Origin: Lepidodermella squamata
Taxonomy: Eukaryota; Animalia; Gastrotricha
Assembly: GCA_047495785.1 (NCBI GenBank)
Contig: JBLDXI010000031.1
Location: 1,984,001 to 2,048,000 of the forward strand
Direction of reading: 5' to 3'
DNA: 64,000 nt
Shown here piece after piece: positions 9,601-19,900 of this stretch (positions are counted from its first letter, which is position 1; each line of letters starts with the position of its first letter). The translations under genes were made by a program, and so were the position numbers. Under the pieces are notes generated by a model that ran no database searches, was not told where the DNA came from, and saw nothing but the letters and a program-made list of their open reading frames with translations.

Positions 9601-12600
9601 GCGCAAACACGTTTGCAGCCGATACGCGCATATTTCTGATGACCGATATTACGCTGGCAGCCATAACAGGCTGAAACCGCTGTTTTCGCCACTTGCCCGT
9701 GTCGCCGCGGTTCGGCATCGTGCCCAACCAGTGCAAATCACTCATGTTCGTGTGTCATTCGTTTGTGGCAGCAACGCCATGCACGTTTGCAGGCGATTCA
9801 GGCACATCTCAGGTGACGCCTATTTCGCTGCAAGCCGCAGAAGGCTGGAATCGTTGTGTTCAGCTCTTGTACGTACCGCAGCAATGCGGAAACGGGCTGA
9901 AACCAGGTAAACCATGCACATTCGCGCTTCATTCGATAGCGGCAGCAAGCGCAAACACGTTTGCAGCCGATACGCGCATATTCCGGGTGACCGATATTTC
10001 GCTGGCAGCCATAACAGGCTGAAACCGCTGTTTTCGCCACTTGCCCGTGTCGCCGCGGTTCGGCATCGTGCCCAACCAGTGCAAATCACTCATGTTCGTG
10101 TGTCATTCGTTTGTGGCAGCAACGCCATGCACGTTTGCAGGCGATTCGGGCACATCTCAGGTGACGCCTATTTCGCTGCGAGCCGCAGAAGGCTGGAATC
10201 GTTGTGCTCAGCCCTTGTACGTACCGCAGCTATGCGGAAACGGGCTGAAACCAGGTAAACCCTGCACATTCGCGCTTCATTCGATAGCGGCAGCAAGCGC
10301 AAACACGTTTGCAGCCGATACGCGCATATTTCTGATGACCGATATTACGCTGGCAGCCATAACAGGCTGAAACCGCTGTTTTCGCCACTTGCCCGTGTCG
10401 CCGCGGTTCGGCATCGTGCCCAACCAGTGCAAATCACTCATGTTCGTGTGTCATTCGTTTGTGGCAGCAACGCCATGCACGTTTGCAGGCGATTCGGGCA
10501 CATCTCAGGTGACGCCTATTTCGCTGCGAGCCGCAGAAGGCTGGAATCGTTGTGCTCAGCCCTTGTACGTACCGCAGCTATGCGGAAACGGGCTGAAACC
10601 AGGTAAACCCTGCACATTCGCGCTTCATTCGATAGCGGCAGCAAGCGCAAACACGTTTGCAGCCGATACGCGCATATTTCTGATGACCGATATTACGCTG
10701 GCAGCCATAACAGGCTGAAACCGCTGTTTTCGCCACTTGCCCGTGTCGCCGCGGTTCGGCATCGTGCCCAACCAGTGCAAATCACTCATGTTCGTGTGTC
10801 ATTCGTTTGTGGCAGCAACGCCATGCACGTTTGCAGGCGATTCAGGCACATCTCAGGTGACGCCTATTTCGCTGCAAGCCGCAGAAGGCTGGAATCGTTG
10901 TGTTCAGCTCTTGTACGTACCGCAGCTATGCGGAAACGGGCTGAAACCAGGTAAACCATGCACATTCGCGCTTCATTCGATAGCGGCAGCAAGCGCAAAC
11001 ACGTTTGCAGCCGATACGCGCATATTCCGGGTGACCGATATTTCGCTGGCAGCCATAACAGGCTGAAACCGCTGTTTTCGCCACTTGCCCGTGTCGCCGC
11101 GGTTCGGCATCGTGCCCAAACAAGGCAAATCACTCATGTTCGTGTGTCATTCGTTTGTGGCAGCAACGCCATGCACGTTTGCAGGCGATTCGGGCACATC
11201 TCAGGTGACGCCTATTTCGCTGCAAGCCGCAGGAGGCTGGAATCGTTGTGTTCAGCCCTTGTACGTACCGCAGCTATGCGGAAACGGGCTGAAACCAGGT
11301 GAACCATGCACATTCGCGCTTCATTCGATAGCGGCAGCAAGCGCAAACACGTTTGCAGCCGATACGCGCATATTCCGGGTGACCGATATTTCGCTGGCAG
11401 CCATAACAGGCTGAAACCGCTGTTTTCGCCACTTGCCCGTGTCGCCGCGGTTCGGCATCGTGCCCAACCAGTGCAAATCACTCATGTTCGTGTGTCATTC
11501 GTTTGTGGCAGCAACGCCATGCACGTTTGCAGGCGATTCGGGCACATCTCAGGTGACGCCTATTTCGCTGCAAGCCGCAGGAGGCTGGAATCGTTGTGTT
11601 CAGCCCTTGTACGTACCGCAGCTATGCGGAAACGGGCTGAAACCAGGTAAACCATGCACTTTCGCGCTTCATTCGATAGCGGCAGCAAGCGCAAACACGT
11701 TTGCAGCCGATACGCGCATATTCCGGGTGACCGATATTTCGCTGGCAGCCATAACAGGCTGAAACCGCTGTTTTCGCCACTTGCCCGTGTCGCCGCGGTT
11801 CGGCATCGTGCCCAACCAGTGCAAATCTCTCATGTTCGTGTGTCATTCGTTTGTGGCAGCAACGCCATGCACGTTTGCAGGCGATTCGGGCACATCTCAG
11901 GTGACGCCTATTTCGCTGCGAGCCGCAGAAGGCTGGAATCGTTGTGCTCAGCCCTTGTACGTACCGCAGCTATGCGGAAACGGGCTGAAACCAGGTAAAC
12001 CCTGCACATTCGCGCTTCATTCGATAGCGGCAGCAAGCGCAAACACGTTTGCAGCCGATACGCGCATATTTCTGATGACCGATATTACGCTGGCAGCCAT
12101 AACAGGCTGACACCGCTGTTTTCGCCACTTGCCCGTGTCGCCGCGGTTCGGCATCGTGCCCAACCAGTGCAAATCACTCATGTTCGTGTGTCATTCGTTT
12201 GTGGCAGCAACGCCATGCACGTTTGCAGGCGAATCGGGCACATCTCAGGTGACGCCTATTTCGCTGCAAGCCGCAGGAGGCTGGAATCGTTGTGTTCAGC
12301 TCTTGTACGTACCGCAGCTATGCGGAAACGGGCTGAAACCAGGTAAACCATGCACATTCGCGCTTCATTCGATAGCGGCAGCAAGCGCAAACACGTTTGC
12401 AGCCGATACGCGCATATTCCGGGTGACCGATATTTCGCTGGCAGCCATAACAGGCTGAAACCGCTGTTTTCGCCACTTGCCCGTGTCGCCGCGGTTCGGC
12501 ATCGTGCCCAACCAGTGCAAATCACTCATGTTCGTGTGTCATTCGTTTGTGGCAGCAACGCCATGCACGTTTGCAGGCGATTCGGGCACATCTCAGGTGA

Positions 12601-13477
12601 CGCCTATTTCGCTGCAAGCCGCAGGAGGCTGGAATCGTTGTGTTCAGCCCTTGTACGTACCGCAGCTATGCGGAAACGGGCTGAAACCAGGTGAACCATG
12701 CACATTCGCGCTTCATTCGATCGCGGCAGCAAGCGCAAACACGTTCGCAGCCGATACGCGCATATTTCGGATGACCGATATTTCGCTGGCAGCCATAACA
12801 GGCTGAAACCGCTGTTTTCGCCACTTGCCCGTGTCGCCGCGGTTCGGCATCGTGCCCAACCAGTGCAAATCACTCATGTTCGTGTGTCATTCGTTTGTGG
12901 CAGCAACGCCATGCACGTTTGCAGGCGATTCGGGCACATCTCAGGTGACGCCTATTTCGCTGCAAGCCCCAGGAGGCTGGAATCGTTGTGTTCAGCCCTT
13001 GTACGTACCGCAGCTATGCGGAAACGGGCTGAAACCAGGTAAACCCTGCACATTCGCGCTTCATTCGATCGCGGCAGCAAGCGCAAACACGTTCGCAGCC
13101 GATACGCGCATATTTCGGATGACCGATATTTCGCTGGCAGCCATAACAGGCTGAAACCGCTGTTTTCGCCACTTGCCCGTGTCGCCGCGGTTCGGCATCG
13201 TGCCCAACCAGTGCAAATCACTCATGTTCGTGTGTCATTCGTTTGTGGCAGCAACGCCATGCACGTTTGCAGGCGATTCGGGCACATCTCAGGTGACGCC
13301 TATTTCGCTGCAAGCCGCAGGAGGCTGGAATCGTTGTGTTCAGCCCTTGTACGTACCGCAGCTATGCGGAAACGGGCTGAAACCAGGTGAACCATGCACA
13401 TTCGCGCTTCATTCGATCGCGGCAGCAAGCGCAAACACGTTTGCAGCCGATACGCGCATATTTCTGATGACCGATAT
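3691..13477. repeat. 348-bp satellite array, left block (~28 units; each unit 2 x 174 bp)
   Basis: Exact 348-bp period (ORF starts 3777, 4125, 4473...). TATTTCGCTG recurs at 3731, 3905 and 4079, a 174-bp spacing. Regular register starts at 3726 after a scrambled junction. Confidence 0.99.
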
Positions 13478-15974
13478 CGATGGTTTTGCGCTAAAACAGG
13501 CCGATAGGCTGCATTCTGATATACGCCCATAAAAGCTGTGCGGAGTATATGCGAGTATATGGTTATACACAGGGCTAATAGCATTTTGGTGCATGCACAA
13601 GAGAATGCACTCAGACGAGAGCGATCGATTCTTCCGCAGTAATATGGTATATTTGCGCATTTTGTTCTCTTGTTTTTTCATTTTTATCATCATTCTTTCT
13701 TAGATCTCCCGCATCATTTGTGCTGAAAGTAGGACATTGAAAGCATGTGCTTTAAATTACCCACGATTTTAGTCATTCTGACCTGGTCTGTTCATGGGAC
13801 GGAGTAGGAATGTTTTCCATAGTTATCCATTCTAAATCGCAGCATAATTTTCTTCTAGAATGATTAGAATCTCCGATAGATTGATAGAGGCTTCTTTAGG
13901 ATTCTTTAGGAGTTTAGTGAAATCTGAGCTTACCACAAAGTTGAACTCCTGTTTTGAGGTTTCAGCAAAAATAGGGTAGAAAGGTTGTTTTGGCTGAGAT
14001 TCCGAAAGTGGCTGCTGGCTACTCTGTTAGGAAAATATTCCATTATTTCGTTGTTGTCGCGTTTATCAAGCTGATAATGTGGTTTGGGCTCCTGGATAAT
14101 TTGAAACTATCGCCCTTTTCCTCAAACAACCACCTACAAAACCCAACACAACTTCTGATCAAAGATAGAAAGCCAAGTTTGTCGGTTTGGGACTCAAACT
14201 CCGCCTAGCTACTTGGACGGAAACTATGGACTTATCGATCGTGCGTGAATCCTACAATCTACTTACGGTCGAAGGTCGAAGCCTTACGAACAATCCAAAC
14301 AGTCTCTTAATTAGATCTAACCAGAAGTACTCTTTATTGCCTTATAAAATTTAGCATTTGGTATCAGACGCATGCCATCTTCACAATGCTTAGGAGCCGA
14401 CTATTCCCATGATTGCTTTGGCCGCTGAGTAGCCACATCTTTACCATATATTACCGGTGAATGGCGGCCCATTCCAGAAGGGAGGATTTGCTTGGCGGTT
14501 TTACGCTTCCTGTCAACCCTTCCTGTCAGCTTGATAAACGCCGCATTCAATGCATAGATGATTGATGTTGCGGTTATTGGGATTGACCAGGTGATTTTGA
14601 GATGCCTAGGCCGCTCGATCACATGCTACTCACGTGCTAGGGTCAGCTTTTATACGACTGGGATAACCCCATCCCTAGTTTCTGCTGCAGTAAAAACTAA
14701 CGCGATTCATTGAAATTTATGGTTTATGTTTTGGCTGATAAATACCTTTCACAGCAATATACAAAGTGAACCTATCGCTTTGTTATGACATAAAGCTCCC
14801 GATTACTGGCCACTTTAACTTCCATCTTTACTTAGTTGGGCAATCCTTCATCGGTAGCTGTAAATCTGAGGTCATACAGCCTTAGATCAAGAACAGAACT
14901 TCTCAGATTGGCCATTCGGCTTTCGACAACTCCCTTGTTTTCTATCCTTGAAATTTTAATTTATAATGCTTGTCATCACATTTAGGACTAAAGCATTTAA
15001 CGTTTCATTTTTAACAACGATTTGAGCTGATGACTGATAACGACAATTGGCTGAAACAGTTTCCTCCGGGGATAGTGGATTCTAGGCACCGCCCATCCAA
15101 ACAAGCGATGGAAAGAAAACTCAAGCGCAACTCTGGAAAACCCTACCGTCAGTCAGATAAAGGGGTTGGCGCTAAGTTTAATTCCGGTCGTAAGCCTGTT
15201 TACTTCAAGTGTGGTTGCTGGCGTAAATGCTCCTTGAAATTCGATGAAAATTCAGTCAAACAATGCTTTAACACTTACTGGTCCCGAGCATCTATCGACG
15301 CTAGACGAGCATTCATCAACCGTTACGTCAGTTATAAAAAGAAACGAGAGAATGGTCCTCGAAGATTTGATTATTACTTACCAGGCAACTACTTGGCAAC
15401 CCCTTCGCCTTCACAATCTAGGGAAGTCATTCGAAGTATGCAGGTCTTTCTTTCTGAAGGCGCTCGATGAAACTCGCGCTTTTATAAACACAACTGTTGA
15501 GAAAAAAGTCGAAGACGGCTTCTACATCATACCAGATCAACGCGGTCACCATAAGCCGCCGAATACCACCAGCGATAATTCTTACAAATTTGTTTATCAG
15601 CACATCACTTCTTTCGAGCGATTAGACAGTCATTATGCGAGAAGTCAAACTAGCAAGCAATATCTCGGGTCCGCGCTCAATCTGAGGGAAATGCATAGAA
15701 TGTACTGCATAGTACACCAAAATTGGGCTCTGCGTACTGATAAGAAACCCGTCAAATACGCTACTTACCGATCCATATTCAAGAGATCTTTTCCCAATCT
15801 CGCTTTCAGTCATCCCAGGAAGGACACCTGCAAGAAATGCACACGATTTGCGACTTTGCCGGATGAACTGTTCACCCATGAAGTGATCGTGGAGAAACGA
15901 AACCACGAATCCAACAGAGAAATGCAAGAGGTGCCAAGAATGCTGACAAAATTCTAGCAAAACAGTCGAAAGGA

Positions 15975-16544
15975 TTGATCTTGTGCATCCAGTTTGATAT
16001 GCAGTCAATCCTCGAAAGCCCTTGCTGCTCGATAATTTACAAAAAAAAGTTCCACACCTCAAACCTGACTCTCTACGATACTTCAACAAAAGATGTCTAC
16101 TGTTTCATGTGGGATCAAACAGAAGGGGGTCGTGGGACGGATGAAGTTGGTTCATGTCTCTATAAATTCATCACTGAAATGATTCCTGACGAAGTTGAGC
16201 AGTTGATTCTATGGAGCGACAGCACTGGAAGCCAAAACAAATCTCAGTACATTGTCAACGCTTTATTCGCGGCCTTGTCCAATTGCAAAGGTAATCTCAA
16301 AGTCATCGATCACAAGTTTTTCGAGCCGGGCCACTCGCAAATGGAATGTGATTCCGTGCATGCCACTATTGAAAGGGAAGCTAAGAAACGAGTCAACATC
16401 AGCTATTCAAAGGAATGGAGAGAAATCGTGGCCGCGTCGCGGAAGGCTCCGATTGATGCTGATCTGAGACTCGAAGTGTTCGGTGAGGAAACGCCAAACC
16501 GCTTGAAAGTGAAACCATACAGCATAACTGAAATGCAATTTGAA
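15975..16544 (+). pseudogene. Catalytic RNase-H-like core fragment of the transposase
   Basis: FDMQ...CFMWDQTEGGRGTDEVGSCL...WSDSTGSQNK...FFEPGHSQMECDSVHATIE. Putative triad D(73)D(43)D, counted from the ORF translation. Confidence 0.85.
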
Positions 16545-16545
16545 G

Positions 16546-16920
16546 TCGCCTGTTTTCCTTCTCAACGCTCGCCTGCCGCCCGGCCCTCTCCCTGCCCCCC
16601 AGTGTTAGTCTCCCTCCTCTGTCTTCTTCCCTTCCTGCTTATTTTCTTATCTCCTCTCCTTCCGTCCCCTACTTTCTGTCTCTGCTTTCTTACCACTAGT
16701 CACTAGTCTTCTGTCTTATACTGTTTTTCACTGTGTCTGATAATCCGCTCCTGGTGATAACTTCAGTGTGTGCCCGTCCGATGTTCTGAGTGGCGCACTG
16801 TCCCGGACAAGCGCCTTGTCGTCTTGTGCCCGCGCCTTTTTTTTCATCCCTTCCATCCTTTATATTTTCGTTTTTCGTTAGGCCTGATTAATTTGCTGAA
16901 AAAAAGGACACAATAAAAAG
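16546..16920 (+). mobile_element. ~375-bp nested insertion, probably the 3' UTR of a 5'-truncated non-LTR retrotransposon/SINE
   Basis: Abrupt switch to pyrimidine-rich non-coding sequence ending in CAATAAAAA, with AAG at both junctions. Removal rejoins the transposase in frame (MQFE-AFASFFSFDKSQKF...). Confidence 0.55.
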
Positions 16921-19900
16921 CTTTCGCAAGCTTCTTCAGCTTTGACAAGTCGCAAAAGTTCGCTCAGTATTTGCAAGACGAACAGAAAAATGATGTTAAA
17001 TGGTCGGAGCCATGTTGGTTCAGATACGAGAAAGACTACCGTAATTATCTCCAAACCAAGAAAACTTTTGACTTGGCTTTTCATACTTTCGTCGCCAAGC
17101 GCTACAACAAAGACGTCATTTTGTTTCCTTTCCAACTTGTTCAAAAATACGAAAAGCGATTGCCGATCGAATCCAGTCTTAAGAAGGATCTCATCGAAAT
17201 GGTCAACAAAGGCACCATTCCAGAAGCTTATCGCTCAGTCATAACGGCTTACGAAGAAGACGCAGACAAACCTACTGCTTGCAGCATTGACGCTAAACCT
17301 CCGCCGTGACATTACGCCCTCGAAGCTTGAAAGGATATGACTACTTGAAAGCGTTTCAAAATTATTAAAACAAGCTTATTGTTGAGAGTTTGAACTGTGT
17401 TTTACTCGAGCTGTCTAAGAACGATTCAGTCCATGAGTTTCTGAAACGTTTCCGCCATGATTATCGCGGAATTCCCAGCGCAGATACCTCAGAATGACCG
17501 CAATATCGAAGATATTTGTTGGTCATTATTTGTCCAGTACATATATTTTTTTCACACAGAATACAATGGGCTATATCTTACTACATGTGTGCGTAGTACT
17601 ATTTATAGTGCGTAGTACTCTGGATAGGAATTTTTTCATTGGCTCCTTATAGCGCAAAATCATCGATATTTCGCTGGCAGCCATAACAGGCTGAAACCGC
17701 TGTTTTCGCCACTTGCCCGTGTCGCCGCGGTTCGGCATCGTGCCCAACCAGTGCAAATCACTCATGTTCGTGTGTCATTCGTTTGTGGCAGCAACGCCAT
17801 GCACGTTTGCAGGCGATTCGGGCACATCTCAGGTGACGCCTATTTCGCTGCAAGCCGCAGGAGGCTGGAATCGTTGTGTTCAGCCCTTGTACGTACCGCA
17901 GCTATGCGGAAACGGGCTGAAACCAGGTGAACCATGCACATTCGCGCTTCATTCGATAGCGGCAGCAAGCGCAAACACGTTTGCAGCCGATACGCGCATA
18001 TTTCTGATGACCGATATTTCGCTGGCAGCCATAACAGGCTGAAACGGCTGTTTTCGCCACTTGCCCGTGTCGCCGCGGTTCGGCATCGTGCCCAACCAGT
18101 GCAAATCACTCATGTTCGTGTGTCATTCGTTTGTGGCAGCAACGCCATGCACGTTTGCAGGCGATTCGGGCACATCTCAGGTGACGCCTATTTCGCTGCA
18201 AGCCGCAGGAGGCTGGAATCGTTGTGTTCAGCCCTTGTACGTACCGCAGCTATGCGGAAACGGGCTGAAACCAGGTGAACCATGCACATTCGCGCTTCAT
18301 TCGATCGCGGCAGCAAGCGCAAACACGTTCGCAGCCGATACGCGCATATTCCGGGTGACCGATATTTCGCTGGCAGCCATAACAGGCTGAAACCGCTGTT
18401 TTCGCCACTGCCCGTGTCGCCGCGGTTCGGCATCGTGCCCAACCAGTGCAAATCACTCATGTTCGTGTGTCATTCGTTTGTGGCAGCAACGCCATGCACG
18501 TTTGCAGGCGATTCGGGCACATCTCAGGTGACGCCTATTTCGCTGCAAGCCGCAGGAGGCTGGAATCGTTGTGTTCAGCCCTTGTACGTACCGCAGCTAT
18601 GCGGAAACGGGCTGAAACCAGGTGAACCATGCACATTCGCGCTTCATTCGATCGCGGCAGCAAGCGCAAACACGTTTGCAGCCGATACGCGCATATTCCG
18701 GGTGACCGATATTTCGCTGGCAGCCATAACAGGCTGAAACCGCTGTTTTCGCCACTTGCCCGTGTCGCCGCGGTTCGGCATCGTGCCCAACCAGTGCAAA
18801 TCACTCATGTTCGTGTGTCATTCGTTTGTGGCAGCAACGCCATGCACGTTTGCAGGCGATTCGGGCACATCTCAGGTGACGCCTATTTCGCTGCAAGCCG
18901 CAGGAGGCTGGAATCGTTGTGTTCAGCCCTTGTACGTACCGCAGCTATGCGGAAACGGGCTGAAACCAGGTGAACCATGCACATTCGCGCTTCATTCGAT
19001 CGCGGCAGCAAGCGCAAACACGTTCGCAGCCGATACGCGCATATTCCGGGTGACCGATATTTCGCTGGCAGCCATAACAGGCTGAAACCGCTGTTTTCGC
19101 CACTTGCCCGTGTCGCCGCGGTTCGGCATCGTGCCCAACCAGTGCAAATCACTCATGTTCGTGTGTCATTCGTTTGTGGCAGCAACGCCATGCACGTTTG
19201 CAGGCGATTCGGGCACATCTCAGGTGACGCCTATTTCGCTGCAAGCCGCAGGAGGCTGGAATCGTTGTGTTCAGCCCTTGTACGTACCGCAGCTATGCGG
19301 AAACGGGCTGAAACCAGGTGAACCATGCACATTCGCGCTTCATTCGATAGCGGCAGCAAGCGCAAACACGTTCGCAGCCGATACGCGCATATCTCGGATG
19401 ACCGATATTTCGCTGGCAGCCATAACAGGCTGAAACCGCTGTTTTCGCCACTTGCCCGTGTCGCCGCGGTTCGGCATCGTGCCCAACCAGTGCAAATCAC
19501 TCATGTTCGTGTGTCATTCGTTTGTGGCAGCAACGCCATGCACGTTTGCAGGCGATTCGGGCACATCTCAGGTGACGCCTATTTCGCTGCAAGCCGCAGG
19601 AGGCTGGAATCGTTGTGTTCAGCCCTTGTACGTACCGCAGCTATGCGGAAACGGGCTGAAACCAGGTGAACCATGCACATTCGCGCTTCATTCGATAGCG
19701 GCAGCAAGCGCAAACACGTTTGCAGCCGATACGCGCATATTTCTGATGACCGATATTTCGCTGGCAGCCATAACAGGCTGAAACCGCTGTTTTCGCCACT
19801 TGCCCGTGTCGCCGCGGTTCGGCATCGTGCCCAACCAGTGCAAATCACTCATGTTCGTGTGTCATTCGTTTGTGGCAGCAACGCCATGCACGTTTGCAGG

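Larger units (their letters stand above)
15030..17309 (+). pseudogene. Sola-type DDD transposase pseudogene (4 fragments)
   Basis: Fragments 15030-~15390 (CGCWRKC), ~15400-15920 (DQRGHHKP, SHYAR, PRKDTCKKC), ~15924-16544 and 16920-17309. Frameshifts near 15380-15410 and ~15921, plus a nested insertion at 16546-16920. Confidence 0.85.
13478..17665 (+). mobile_element. Sola1-like DNA transposon, 4188 bp, defective, inserted in the satellite
   Basis: TIR CGATGGTTTTGCGCTA (13478-13493) matches the reverse complement of 17650-17665, CGATGATTTTGCGCTA, at 15/16, with patchy similarity to ~28 bp. TSD ATAT at 13474-13477 and 17666-17669; AWWT is the known Sola1 target preference. Satellite register resumes exactly (13173+348+4188+4=17713). 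Contains a DDD transposase. Confidence 0.85.

Noticed and set aside
15622-16089. 155-aa minus-strand ORF
   Set aside because: It is an antisense shadow of the transposase coding region with no independent features.
16545-16920. Insert interpreted as a GT-AG intron of the transposase
   Set aside because: The donor GTCGCC is weak. The nearby AG acceptors I tested (16881, 16920, 16930, 16939) give a stop or frameshift, whereas a 375-bp insertion model restores frame.
13472-17669. 6-bp TSD CGATAT for the transposon
   Set aside because: Formally possible, but TIR symmetry (CGATG...CATCG) requires the CG to belong to the element, leaving a 4-bp ATAT TSD.
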